Assembly (NCBI GenBank): GCA_002269645.1
Contig: NIVC01000869.1
Coordinates: 1-64,000 of the forward strand
DNA length: 64,000 nucleotides
Direction: 5' to 3'
Origin: Macrostomum lignano
Taxonomy: Eukaryota
How positions within the stretch are numbered: position 1 is the stretch's first letter; each line of letters starts with the position of its first letter. A program made the position numbers and the translations under genes. Below are positions 46,928 through 62,020 of this stretch, piece by piece. Below the pieces are notes generated by a model, which saw only the letters and a list, made by a program, of their open reading frames with translations, was not told the DNA's origin and searched no databases.

Positions 46928-49900
46928 TTAATTTTCACTGTCCAGCTCTACGCTATCGACTGACTGACAATCGTCACTGATCTCGCTGGGCAGGTTTTCA
47001 GCTTCATCACTGTCCTGTAGCACGTGTGCCGTTTTGCGCCTTTTCTGTGGCCGGCCTTCTCCCTTACGTTTGCCAGTAGCAGAGTTCTGCCTATTCTTCT
47101 TGCGCTTGCGGGAGGTGGTGGAGGGAGAAGCCGAGTCAAAGTCAGCAGCAGTAGAGACAATGGCAGCTGTAGCAGCTTCAGCCTGAATCCGGCGCTTCTC
47201 CCTAGCAGCCTCGCGCTCAGTAGCATGCCGCAGAACATCAATAATTGCTTGCTGGATGTCGTAATCTTGATGCACCAGCTTCTTTGTGATTGGGTCCGCC
47301 GGGAATAAGTCTTTTACAGCGTCTGTTGGTAGTTTAATTTTTAGCAAGAATTATTTACGTTAACAAAATTTTTGTTTATGCTCCGTAGTGTCTACTGACA
47401 GTAGTAGGATTACTCGGTGACTTACCAAAAAATAATTTCCTGGCGTTCTCAAATCCCAGCTGTTTTCCGGTCAGGGTGCAGTCTGGAAGCTCCGCCCTGC
47501 AGCGTTCCAGCATGCCGCCTCGGCCGCTCCAGTTAACCAGGCAGAGCATCCTGGGAGAGAGGCATTTGGCCAGCATGCGACGCACTGTTTCCGCCAGTGT
47601 TGGGCAACGGCACCCGCGCAGATGCGGTTCCTATTTGGGAAATGATTAGAGAATGATTGTAAAGACTATTTATTACATTAGCTAATATTCATTGTTTATC
47701 CCTTTCTTTCTCGCAATACTCTCAAAAGTTAAAAATCAGATTATTACTCATTCTAATCCCTTACCAAGCTGCTTTGAATCTGCCGTGATGAAATGAAGCG
47801 AATGTAACTCTCCCAGGAGTCAATTGGCTCAAAGTCTGTGGTTGCTGTGGACGTCGATGCTGCAGATGACGTACACAGGGATGCGCTGATGCCTTCCAGA
47901 AGTGGTAGAACCAGTCTTTCCAGTCGACGGATTCTATGCACAGCGTCACAGCTCTGCCGTGCACTGAGCATCGACAGAATGCTCAAGCCGTTGAGAGAAC
48001 TGGTGTCCACTCCTGACTTGGCCAGACTTCTCTGGAGTCTTTCCACTGCCCTTGGATCAATGCAGTCAATGTCTGCATCTTCGTCAGCATCCGCGTACGT
48101 GTGCTGTCTACCATTTTGAGTCGCTGTAGACATCGGCGTCCTAGATTTGCTGACTGACTGGTTGCTCTGTTGACTGCTGGTTCCGCATGTCTTCGGCGTC
48201 TGCGTCAGTGGGACAATGTGCCCAACCGTTGGCGGTGTCGATGCCAGCGTCAGATTCCGTTGAGCTGGGGTCGGTAGGCGGACCGACTGGGGCAAAAGTG
48301 CCGTATTGAAGGCAGGAAGCTCGATGTCCGACGAAGGGGACGCGTAATTTGAGCCATTTGCCTGGGTGTTCTTCTTCTTTGTAGAGAGAGAATGCACACC
48401 GTCGGCTTCGCTCTCCGATGTGGTAACATTCTGTAATGGCGATGGGTAGTACGTGAGTAGTGACAGTCCGCAGATAATGCTGAGTGACGGAGAGATAATG
48501 CTGAGTGACGGAGAGAGAACGCTGAGTGACGGAGAGAGAACGCTGAGTGACAGAGAGATAATGCTGAGTGACGGAGAGATAATGCTGAGTGACAGAGAGA
48601 TAATGCTGAGTGACGGAGAAAGAGAACGCTGAGTGACAGAGAGATAATGCTGAGTGACGGAGAGAGAACGCTGAGTGACAGAGAGATAATGCTGAGTGAC
48701 GGAGAGATAATGCTGAGTGACGGAGAGAGAACGCTGAGTGACGGAGAGAGAACGCTGAGTGACGGAGAAAGAGAACGCTGAGTGACGGAGAGAGAACGCT
48801 GAGTGACAGAGAGATAATGCTGAGTGACGGAGAGATAATTCTGAGTGACGGAGAGAGAACGCTGAGTGACGGAGAGAGAACGCTGAGTGACGGAGAAAGA
48901 GAACGCTGAGTGACGGAGAGAGAACGCTGAGTGACAGAGAGATAATGCTGAGTGACGGAGAGAGAACGCTGAGTGACAGAGAGATAATGCTGAGTGACGG
49001 AGAGAGAACGCTGAGTGACGGAGAAAGAGAACGCTGAGTGACGGAGAAAGAGAACGCTGAGTGACGGAGAGAGAACGCTGAGTGACAGAGAGATAATGCT
49101 GAGTGACGGAGAGATAATGCTGAGTGACGGAGAGAGAACGCTGAGTGACGGAGAGAGAACGCTGAGTGACGGAGAAAGAGAACGCTGAGTGACGGAGAGA
49201 GAACGCTGAGTGACAGAGAGATAATGCTGAGTGACGGAGAGAGAACGCTGAGTGACAGAGAGATAATGCTGAGTGACGGAGAGAGAACGCTGAGTGACGG
49301 AGAAAGAGAACGCTGAGTGACGGAGAAAGAGAACGCTGAGTGACGGAGAGAGAACGCTGAGTGACAGAGAGATAATGCTGAGTGACGGAGAGATAATGCT
49401 GAGTGACGGAGAGAGAACGCTGAGTGACGGAGAAAGAGAACGCTGAGTGACGGAGAGAGAACGCTGAGTGACAGAGAGATAATGCTGAGTGACGGAGAGA
49501 GAACGCTGAGTGACAGAGAGATAATGCTGAGTGACGGAGAGAGAACGCTGAGTGACGGAGAAAGAGAACGCTGAGTGACAGAGAGATAATGCTGAGTGAC
49601 GGAGAGAGAACGCTGAGTGACAGAGAGATGATGCTGAGAAATTTTGCAATTCAAGATTTTTCTTTGCTCACCTTCAAAGTTATGAACCGGTTTCGCTGAC
49701 CGCAGTTCACTCGAGGCACCAATCTAAGCACACCTTCAATGCTCTTCTTTTTAAGACTTATTAAGTCTCGTATAAACTTAATCGTTGGCTCAGTGTTCAC
49801 CGCCTCATCAAGTACGACTTGCACGATGACGGCGTCGTACCATTCAGATTCATACTCGGCTTTAACCTTTAGTTTTTCATCACAGAATCTTTGCGAAGAG

Positions 49901-50022
49901 CCGAAATTCTCCCATGTCTCTACAGTAAATTCTTGAAATTCACATAGGGAAACTTCATTGTAACCTGCCTCAATTACTTGCTTATCATCTACAAACAACA
50001 CTATGAAGCGGATGCTTTCCAT
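46928..50022 (-). CDS. Transposon accessory gene (DUF4806-like), 4 exons
   Basis: Exons about 50022-49672, 48432-47765, 47630-47425 and 47322-46928. GCRCPTLAETVRRMLAKCLSPRMLCLVNWSGRGG resembles DUF4806 proteins that accompany CMC transposases. Confidence 0.55.
48471..49638. repeat. Intronic minisatellite, 19/21/23-bp units (GCTGAGTGAC[G/A]GAGA...)
   Basis: About 55 tandem variant units between two exons of the accessory gene. Confidence 0.95.
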
Positions 50023-50391
50023 GCTTGTACAGTTGTACAATGGTATAGTTCTTAGAATTTAAAACACAGTTTGAACTAAAAGATTGCTGGTTGGACTACA
50101 GACTGCAGGTTATTGTTGGATATACTTGAAATACAAACGTATGAATAGAGTGCTAATAGAATTTTTGTCCAATAGAATTGGTAGGCTGTAAAAAGCCCGC
50201 TTTTCTGCTCCAATCACGACCCCTCGATTGAAGGAACGTGGTCTTTCCTTCTCGATTCAGTTCATTCCGTTATTCCGCATATTTTTGTTATACTCAGTTT
50301 TATTTACTAACTTAAGAAACAACCAATTAAACAAATTAAATTTAATTCTTCAGTAAAACAGCTTGATTCTATACTACTTTAAACCAGTTCA

Positions 50392-52661
50392 TTGAGTTCT
50401 AGTCTATCCCATTCAATTGTTATCGATCCTACTTTTATAACCAAAGGTATGACTAAAAGGAGAAAGATTTTTGATTCCAACTCTAGGAGAGAATTTAGTA
50501 ATGTGCTATCAGATACCAAATTAAGCGCACAGCAAAATGAAGTAGTAGAAGACATACCCGACGAACTGCTTGACAACCAACCCGACGAACTGCCTCCTTG
50601 TGCTGACAGCGTAACCGCAAATCACGAGTTCGACCCGCAACACCTTGCACAATGCCTGTTGTCCGTAGAACTGCCAGAAGAAGATCTATGCGAAGGAGAT
50701 GGAAGAGTCTTTGAAGAAGAAGAGCCAGCTAAGCCCACTCTGGAATCTCTGGACGAAGAGTTGTTGGTACTCTTCCTGCTCTACAGCATACCTCACAGAG
50801 CGATGCATTTTCTATTAAACGCACTTCACAGCCGCGGATTGCCCGTCTCGAAATCTCTGTACTTGTTAACAACCAAGGACGGGAAAAAGAAGATTCTCAA
50901 GTATTCCATGGGTGCAGGCCATTTCGCTTACCTAGGTATTGCCTCTAACATAGCCTACCTGCTAAAAAACAATCTGCTGAAGTTGAGTCAGGCGGTTGCA
51001 CTTCCGGACGGTTCGGATGGATTCGAACTGGACTTAAAAATAGGCATTGATGGAATGCCTATCTATAACTCATCCAACTTTAGTGCCTGGCCCATCCTAG
51101 CAACAATCGCCGGATTTGCTCGACCCGTCCCCATTGCATTGTATGCCGGAATCGGTAAGTTTGAGAATAGAATTAAAACTTAAAAGAAAAAGAGCGAGAG
51201 ATTGACTAACTGAGATTATGTTAATTAATTTCACTCTAAACTTTAAAATACTACTACCAGGAAAACCACCTCTTGAGGAGTATCTGGCCGAATTCTGTAA
51301 GGAGGCTACAGAGCTGATGTCTAACTTCGCGACGATTGAGGGAGTGAACATCAAACTGCGCAACTTGAATTTTATCTGCGATGCACCAGCTCGTTCCTTC
51401 ATCACGAAAACGCTCGGCCACAATTCACATTTCGGCTGCTTTTATTGCAAAAGTCCCGCAAAGACCGTAGATAGACGAATCGTCTATCCAACAACAGCAG
51501 GAGAGTCTCGTACAACTGAAGATTATCGCGCAGGATGGTCAGTCAATTCCACTTCCTCCCTTTGATCTCCCATCCCCAGCTCCCTTGATCTCTCATTCCC
51601 TTACCTCATCTCCTATTTCCTCCCTTTGATCTCCCATCCCCTCCCTTTATCTCTCATTCCCTTACTTCATTTCTCATTCAAATTGCAGTGAGTCAAACCA
51701 GCGAGCCGGATCCGGTCCACTTATGCAACTGCCGGGGTTGGAGTTCCCTAAGTGCATACCACCGGACTATATGCATCTTGTCTGCCTTGGAACAGTGCGG
51801 AAGCTGTTTCACTTTCTGTTCTCGACAGATGACGGCCGCCATTGTAAACTGAGGCCCGGTGAAATCACAGCGCTGTCCGACGAGATCGAAAGGGTTGCTC
51901 CCTTCACTCCGTCACAATTCCAGCGACGTCCTCGTCGGATTGACCAAGAATTAGCACATTTCAAGGCGTCTGAGTTAAAAAACTATCTTCTTTACTTCGG
52001 TCCAGTTCTGTTCCGGCGATTCTTTCCTGATCAACTTTTCAAGAACTTTCTTCTTTTACATTTCGCAATCTATGTGTTTATGTCATCCGACTACTGCATC
52101 AATCCTGAAGTGTTTGAATACGCCGCAACTTGCCTGAAGAAGTTTGTCGCCCAAGCCCACGAGCTGTACGGTGATACCGTCATGAGTCACAACACCCACG
52201 TACTGCTGCATCTCCCTGAATTCGTTCAAATCTTTGGGTGCTTAAGCAACTTCTCAGCGTTCCCTTTTGAGAACTACTTATCACACATTAAGAAGCGGCT
52301 TCAAGTGACGCGTTTTGTCACTTCACACCTGCTAACGCAAATGCTTAATGTCCGCGACCTGCTAACCAAGAGTCCGCTATCATCTCTGCGATACAGCTCA
52401 AATGCGCCCGATAATTGTTGCATGATTGGAGACCATGTAGTGCGCATAGCCGAAGTCCATGGCAACAAAAAAGTCTATGGAGTTGTTCTCACCCTGACCG
52501 GCACCTTATACAACTACCCCTACCCCTCATCACTCCTACGGATCGGCTACTATTCTGATTCGCGTCAAACTATTACGGGAGTGCCCACGAGGAAGTGCAT
52601 AATGCTGCCGCAGCCAGACTGTTACCTCATTGTACCACTGGTGTCACTGTCAGGTGACTAG
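50392..52661 (+). CDS. CMC (EnSpm/CACTA-Mirage-like) DDE transposase, 3 exons, apparently intact
   Basis: Exons 50392/50449-51154, 51261-51537 and 51689-52661 join in frame. Motifs: IGIDGMP, WPIL, ICDAPARSF, GCFYC, DYMHLVCLG, FKASE, SAFPFEN. TIRs not located. Confidence 0.8.
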
Positions 52662-53005
52662 GTCTAATCAACTAATTCCTGTACGTGTAGAGACGGCGGC
52701 GGGTAGCAAAAGTTGTGTTTAATATCTATTGTTTGTCTGTGGTGAAAAATTTTTTAATGCTGCTTACTGACTGTCTCTCCCGATTGTCTGCTTTTCACGT
52801 GGGGCTTGTAAGCATAGCTTCCGTCATCGATCAATTTTCCATATTCCACAGACAAAGAACTCCCACTTGACTGCGCATCCCGTATTGCGTATGGGCTTAT
52901 TTTTTGTCAAAAATGACTGAAAAAAGGTGCCTACTCATTATATTGCAAAGGTAATTAACCCACCTTCCCTCAGCCCTAACCCCCAACCGAGTGATAGCGA
53001 TGCAC

Positions 53006-54912
53006 CATAGAATTCTAGATAACTAACTGGAAGAGAAGGCTCAGTTTTTTGTTGGCCGAAAGCGGACACAACCGGGCCGAGCCGAGGAATATGGGTGGGC
53101 AGGCTTTTTGACTAGGCTGGGAAGTTTTTTATCCAGAAGACACGAGGGAAACCCTTAGGAGGGGAAGGAAGTTGGAGAGAAAGAATGATAAATCAGTGGT
53201 GTCTCTTTGTCTTTGATGCACACAGGGCAAAAGGCCCTTTACTTGAAAGCCGAACCCATGCACATTGTGTGTACATTTGCACGCATGTTTTTGAGGAAGC
53301 CTTCTCCGAGCTCCAAAATGAAATTCCGTGCTATAAAAATGCGATATGGTTCATGCTTTTTCAGAGACTATAGAGAAAAAGAATGGGTTACAAATGTGCA
53401 GCTTACAACTGCAGTTCAGGCTATACAAGTAAAAATAAAGCGATTCAATCTTCTGAAACAGAAAGCACAAGCAGAATATCTTTTCATGCGTTTCCTTTGC
53501 ATGATCCTCAACTACTTGAAGAATGGTTGCGACGAATTCGAAGGGTAAACTACCAACCCACGGCAGAATCTCGGTTGTGCTCGTTGCATTTTGTTGCCAC
53601 CGATTTTCACACAACGTCACAAGATTCTAAATCACGGCGCAAGCGCAGGAGAAACAGCGACACTCTCAACAAACGTAGGTTAAGGCATGACGCTGTGCCC
53701 TCCATATTCACAGAACTACCTGAGCGTTTGCAGCCAGCCCCGTCTCAGTCCCGAACGGACACTGCCAGTGCACAACGCAGAGCTCAGAATGATGCCCTCC
53801 GGATTGAGGCGGCAGCGATAGAATTCTTGGCGCGGGATGAAGTATTCAACCTTGCCGACATCAATGCACAACTGCAAGAAAATGGTATTCCTACAGATTA
53901 TACTGTCCTTAAAAAAGAGAATGAAATTATTTTTTGCTGTATTGAATCTGAAAGTAGTATTCCGTCATTGAAATGCAGTCTACAGATCTGTAGTGACTTG
54001 ACAGTCTCAGCAAGTGTAAAAGATCAGCCAGTACCGCAATTTAAACTGGATCAGCTATTGCAATGTGGCAAAATTAGACTCTTTTCTCAGATCCAGAACA
54101 TCCTTGCACTTTTAAAATCATGGACGGCCAATAATACTACCACTTGTGTTACGCATATAGACCAGGCTATCAGTCACTTAACTGAATGGATTGAGGCCTG
54201 TGAGAATGCTGAAGATCCAATGTATTCGAAAATTCAGTTTATTCTGGAGCAACTGAAACTGTCCAGCGTCAAGAAACAGTCACTCCGCTACTCACCTGAC
54301 GTAATTGTGTTCGCCATGGCACTGAAATCTACCAGCACAGCTGGTTATCAAGTTTTACTTGACCAAGAAGTCTTGACTCTACCATCTATTCGGCGCCTGA
54401 CTGCCATCGCCAGTCCGCTCTCAGTAAGTCCAGGTGTCACTGATGAGAAGTGACCGCGATCGCCGGAAAGTACCGCGATGTAGTGGCCCTGTTTCCTCTA
54501 ACTAAACTGACTGCAGAAATCTTACATGAGCATTACAAGAGCGTGATGGAGACACTCAGACACACGAATCTTAACGTAGTCACAATCTTGGTAGACAATC
54601 ATGCGGCCAACCGTTCGTTCTTCATTCACAAACTTTGCAATGGTAATCTCAAGCCATCAATTCCACATCCTCACAATGCAGATAAGAAAATATTCCTTCT
54701 CTTTGATCCGACTCACACAGTGAAAAATTCACACAGTAAATTCAATAAAAAATAACTCAAGGAGTTGAATATATTCCATAAAATAATAACAGCCTTATGA
54801 GTTTACTAGTGTTGAATAAGGCAGCCAGAAAACATGCGGGCTCCCACTCGGCCCGGTTGTGTCCGCCCCCCAAAAAAGCCTTCTCTTCCAGTTAGTTATC
54901 TAGAATTCTATG
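53006..54912 (+). mobile_element. Internally deleted P-superfamily element (1907 bp)
   Basis: 36-bp TIR CATAGAATTCTAGATAACTAACTGGAAGAGAAGGCT and a perfect 8-bp TSD CGATGCAC on both sides. Confidence 0.95.
53383..54453 (+). CDS. THAP-domain truncated P-type transposase (356 aa)
   Basis: Complete THAP (CAAYNC...FHAFP...W...LCSLHF...AVPSIF) and RYSP...LTLPS. Ends at a junction followed by an out-of-frame core fragment (VDNHAAN...FDPTH, 54450-54755). Confidence 0.88.
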   Translation: MGYKCAAYNCSSGYTSKNKAIQSSETESTSRISFHAFPLHDPQLLEEWLRRIRRVNYQPTAESRLCSLHFVATDFHTTSQDSKSRRKRRRNSDTLNKRRLRHDAVPSIFTELPERLQPAPSQSRTDTASAQRRAQNDALRIEAAAIEFLARDEVFNLADINAQLQENGIPTDYTVLKKENEIIFCCIESESSIPSLKCSLQICSDLTVSASVKDQPVPQFKLDQLLQCGKIRLFSQIQNILALLKSWTANNTTTCVTHIDQAISHLTEWIEACENAEDPMYSKIQFILEQLKLSSVKKQSLRYSPDVIVFAMALKSTSTAGYQVLLDQEVLTLPSIRRLTAIASPLSVSPGVTDEK

Positions 54913-55768
54913 CGATGCACGGGGACAAAGACCACAGACCAAGAAATCTAACTAGAGTGCGTATGTGGGGAAAAGGTTTTTCCTCCTTTCCAGTAAGTAA
55001 AATGGAAGCTATTGTAACGTTGATAGGAAATAGGAAGAAATTATAACGTTGTACGCAAGCCCCTTGCTCGCCTGGCTGCTGGGTCACGCCACTGCATGCA
55101 CACCTCTCTATTATTTGTCATCGTTTAAAGGCCTATGCTAAACAAATAAACTGGAAACTCGATCTCTTTGCTTGCTTGCTAAATTCTACTTTCTACTAAG
55201 TACTTTAACATACGAGCGTACTAGCTAGCAGTAGCAGATAAGGTCAGTAAAACCTAATATCTAAGAGTTTTGTAAAACTATAAAAAGTTTCGATGTAAGG
55301 TGTCCAAACTACTATCGTTTATTATTGTATACATTTAGTTAGACTCTCTCCGGCCCATTATACTGTTGTTGTTCTGCACATATGAAAGAAGGGGGCAGTG
55401 TCTTTTCCTACTAACATGATCAATAATTTGGGGTAGGGCAGGGGTCGGCAACTTTTTACCCTAAGGGCCAGATAAAGACAGCTCATGGCTGCGGGCCAGA
55501 TGAGAGCTATAATGGAAAGGAGAGAGAAGAAAGAGATAAGAGATGACAAGAGAGAGGCGAGATGAGAGGCTATGAGTAGGGTTTGCAATCCTGGGATCCC
55601 GGGAAACTGGCAATTATATCGAATGCAGATATGCAGAAACTGAAACCTCGATAATGCTAGACTGTTTTTTCTGCTTGGTTCTCTTAGTCTCTTTGTTTTG
55701 AGATGACGAGACAGGAAACAGCTGGTGTGGTGTGGCTATAAAAATGTCGAGAGGCTTTGCGTTGCTCC

Positions 55769-55848
55769 CACAGACCATATAAAATATAGAATTAGAATAG
55801 AATTAGAATTACAATTACAATACAATATAGAATTCTATATGGTCTGTG
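55769..55848. mobile_element. 80-bp MITE with 8-bp TSD
   Basis: 13-bp TIR CACAGACCATATA and a perfect TSD GTTGCTCC (55761-55768 and 55849-55856). Confidence 0.85.
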
Positions 55849-56719
55849 GTTGCTCCATACAGTATAGCTATCCCTCGCAATTCAGTTCGAAATGAAATTG
55901 ATACATACTTCCCCACCCGCTTGCTACTACACTGGCCGCTTGTTTGCGATCATTATCAAACTGGCCTTTGTGAAATGGTTCCTTTTCTGTTCCAACTCGG
56001 TCTCCCATAAAGTAAGCAACCATATAACTTTTAATGAATGTGTAAAGCATACCCTCAATGACTTCTAAATATAGTCTAGAAGTCTAGAAGCCCTTGCATA
56101 CATTTTAAATGTACTAATTTGTACATGTATCATTATGAGTTTATTCAGCTTTATCAGCTTTTGTTTCTTTAATAACTATAACTAACGGGGCACATCCCTA
56201 TTTGCTATAATATATGGAGGTGCGGTGAGGATTTCGTTCTTTTCAGTTTCCTTTTTTCAGATCTCCGTGGGAGAGACAAATCATGGACTAGTAATCATCT
56301 AACCCAGGCTCCCCAAACTTCTACGGGCGGCGGGCCGCATTGACAGCTGGCTTGGGGTAGCTAACCCGACCTTTCCCATTCTTGCAGATGATACATTCAC
56401 TGCATCATAAACGCCTCGATGCGTCTCTGTGTTCCCATGACAGTTTTATTGTCACTCGATCATTCTTCCTTCATTTTCCCGGGAATCCTGGAGTCAATGA
56501 AAAACTGCTGCTGGGCGCCCACATCCACTCACGAATATTCTCACCACCACAATTTTCTTTGTTTGGATCGTCTTTTACAACTCGAAGTCAAAAACCCTGT
56601 GAGCATGTGGTATGGAGCTCTAAATGTAGAAGTTGGAGATAAGCTGCGAATTAATTACAGACGGCAGATAGGAGGCACCAAACCACACGGAACGAGCTTA
56701 CAAGTTACAAGTTACCCTT

Positions 56720-57610
56720 ACGCCCCTCTAATGTATATTATCATGGCACCCTCCAGTGTATATTATGGCGCCTCTCTACTCTAGTGCATATTATGGCGCC
56801 CCTCTAGTGTAATATAATGGCGCCTCTCTAGTGTGTGTTATGGCGCCTCTCTAGTGTATATAATGGCGCCTCTCTAGTGTGTATAATGGCGCCTCTCTAG
56901 TGTGTGTTATGGCGCCCCTCTAGTGTATAGAATGGCGCCTCTCTAGTGTGTATGATGGCGCCTCTCTAGTGTGTATGATGGCGCCTCTCTAGTGCGTATG
57001 ATGGCGCCTCTCTAGTGTGTATTATGGCGCCTCTCTAGTGTGTATTATGGCGCCCCTCTAGTGTATAGAATGGCGCCTCTCTAGTGTGTATGATGGCGCC
57101 TCTCTAGTGTGTATGATGGCGCCTCTCTAGTGTGTATGATGGCGCCTCTCTAGTGTGTATGATGGTGCCTCTCTAGTGTGTATGATGGCGCCTTTCTAGT
57201 GTGTATGATGGCGCCTCTCTAGTGTGTATTATGGCGCCTCTCTAGTGTTTATTATGGCAACCCTCTAGTGTATATTATGGCGCCCCTCTAGTGTGTATTA
57301 TGGCGCCTCTCTAGTGTTTATTATGGCAACCCTCTAGTGTATATTATGGCGCCCCTCTAGTGTGTATTATGGCGCCTCTCTAGTATTATAGCGCCCCTCT
57401 AGTGTGTATTATGGCGCCTCTAGTGTATTATAGCGCCCCTCTAGTGTGTATTATGGCGCCTCTAGTGTATTATAGCGCCCCTCTAGTGTGTATTATGGCG
57501 CCTCTAGTGTATTATAGCGCCCCTCTAGTGTGTATTATGGCGCCTCTAGTGTATTATAGCGCCCCTCTAGTGTGTATTATGGCGCCTCTATAGTATGTAT
57601 TATGGCGCCC
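56720..57610. repeat. About 23-bp minisatellite (GTGTATTATGGCGCCTCTCTAGT)
   Basis: Tandem variant units. Confidence 0.95.
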
Positions 57611-59392
57611 TGCTTCATGTTCGAAGCCCTGAAACCCCGTCATACTTTTTTGTCTGTGACTGGCGGCATGGATGGACCTCCTTTCTATTAGATCCTATTA
57701 GGTTCTATGGACTCCATTATACCGCATGGAGTCCATGCGGTATGCCTGCAGCCCAGCATAGCTAGCATAGCGAGCATACCAAGCCCCCCTCATATCCCGC
57801 CTCTGCTAAAAGAAATTCCCGTCAGTTCGAAGTCGGATCTAATTGGACGATAGTGGCTGAAAGATTCTGAAGAAGCAATTTTTTTGCCGAGAATGATTTT
57901 GATAACATACGAGCGTATTATTCCTTGAAATGAGGTTATAGTCTTGAAAATTGTTTAACGAATAAAACTGTAGACCCAGGAACATTAAATTACTAATAAT
58001 AATGAAATATTACTAATAATAATGACACCTAAAATAATGAAAAGCATGTTTTTACACAGTGCGCCCCACTCTGCGCCCTCTCGATAGTAAGTAGAACAGT
58101 GAAAATTCTGAAAAACTGTTAGATCGGGCGCCAGTGCTCCACTGGGATAGTGCTAGCTACGCTCGATTTGCAGTGCCATTGGCTTCTCAGATAGCTCGGC
58201 TAGCTTGTTAACATCTCAGGGTTGTCACTTGTCATTCCATTCCTTCCCAACAAAATTTAAAAAACTTGAATCATAACATTGAGGCCTACTTCAAGCCATC
58301 GCTACACTCAAAAGTTTACTCAGGCTTGATCTTGGAGAATCTTTGTGGGCCTTCTACCTAAACTCAAGAAAGCAGTTGTACTCTGTGCATAGTGCAGACT
58401 GCCTTCCGTTCCATGTTTCTAGCATTTCTGCATCATTTTCAGCCAGTTGAGTAGAAATAGCAAATAGCGGCTGCATGCTACTGATCCTTGTCCTTACTGT
58501 CCTTGCGTTCGAAATATGCTATTATACTAAGTATAGCACCATGCGCCTTTGTCTCTTCATTTTTTGGCAATTCGCGGGATCTTTCTTAATTTTTAAATAT
58601 GCTCGTAAATATCAATTTCTATACAAGTATTGCACCTAAATGATTTAACATTACATAGATAAGTACCTGATATGGAATTGCATTGGACAGGCGGGATAGA
58701 GGACATAGACAGCGGAATGGGGAAGATAGACAGGGCAGAAAGGGGAAATAGACAGGGGAGAATGGGGAGATAGACAGGGTGGAATGGGGAGATAGACAGC
58801 ACGAGCGTACTTCCCAATTTATACCAGCAGAGGCTAGCGATTTATTTTTTTGGCATATGCATGCGACTGCAAGTTAAAAAAGTACAAAAGTCACTTTTCG
58901 AATAAAAAGCCGGGGCGCACGCTTGAGGCCGACGCCCCAGTGGCCAAAAGAGTGCGCCCCAGATTTTCATCCCACTGGGGTAATACAGTGTGAACATACA
59001 TTTTATATTAGTAATAATTTTGGTATAATTCTTGCCACATATGTTACTTATAGTAGCGCTTTAAGTCTTCTTCAAGACGCGAAATGCAACGGCTGATGCA
59101 TAGGGTGGCTGGGGACTCAGATAGGACTGACGGTAATTGAGCAGCAAACTATTCAACAATGGAATGGAATGCCACCAACTCTTACATGTCATTTTTTATA
59201 TAACTGCGGTTTATGGATCTTAAATTTTATAAACAAAACTTATCCCATTGAAAAGGACTGGCAACGGACTCAGAAAAAAAATCAGTTTTAAGAGGACCGA
59301 ACACGGACTTACAAAAAGAACACTTGCGGGGGTACTTTTGATGGTTTTAAAACTGCAAACTGGACATTTCCAGTCAGAATTCCTGATTTTAG

Positions 59393-60998
<1,606 letters not shown>

Positions 60999-62020
60999 TT
61001 ACAATGCGTTCGTCGTTCTCGCTTGCTTCTCTATTTTACGGTACCGCTACGGTACGGTAATTCTCAATAGCCTATCATGTATAAGCAATGATGGGGGAGA
61101 GCCATGGAAAATGCTGGGATGACTCTGATCGCTGAAGTCAACGCAAAGCTTACTATACAGCTGCTTACCCAAGAGCCCCCTTGTGGGGTCTGACACCACC
61201 ATCTAGTGGCACTCCTGACATCATGAAGTGACACCTTTGACATTATAGCGGAACCATTATAGTACCATCAATTTGTACCTCTGACACCATCAAGTGCAGC
61301 ACTGCTTGCGCTGGTCAGCAACAGACCAGAATCTTACCTGGGTCTAAATCGGAACCTTCGTTTATCAAGCCGCTCCTGTCAGAGGGGTAAAAGTTGTATT
61401 GTTAGATTGCAAAGCTACATAAAACAGCATAAAAGTACTCAGTAGCCCCAAAACCGGCTGCGCTTACCCAGCATCCGGGACAGCCCCATCAACTCGATCA
61501 TAGGCGCCTGCCGGAGCATCGGATGCTGGCCCCACCCTAGAATGACATGGGAGACAAAACTGCCAGGGGAATGACGGCGAGCTCAGAGACATTAAAAAAA
61601 CTTCAGAAATGTCCATACCGGGCCTGCCGCTCGGCAGCCGCTCTTCGTCTCAACCGTTTCTTGTTCCGCTTTCTCTCAGCAGCCTGAAAGTGAAATGACG
61701 CCGTATTGTGAGCGGTGTCTTACCGCAGATGACCTCTGTAAACTCTGCTTAGTTACCTCGTGCTTTTTCGATGACTTCTCAGCTGATCGAGTTCGGTCTA
61801 AAGCGATTTAAGGAAAAATTTTCAGCTTTCAGATCGTAATGAATTCAGAAAGGCACCCTGGCGCAACCCCACAACCAGCGATGGGGCAATTCTGCTCATT
61901 CCGCTGACTGCTGAGCACATCTCCTCTCCTGCGCACGCACACATGCACCCGCTCACACAGGATGTACAGCGACCATGCCTTTGTAATCATCAGGCATGTA
62001 CATGATTATTACAGCTATTA

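Noticed and set aside
47753-49654. 633-aa and 502-aa minus-strand ORFs
   Set aside because: Mostly stop-free minisatellite; only 47765-48432 looks like a real exon.
55439-57632. hAT-like ends (CAGGGGTCGGCAAC; TTCGAAGCCCTG)
   Set aside because: The ends do not pair with each other and no TSD was found.
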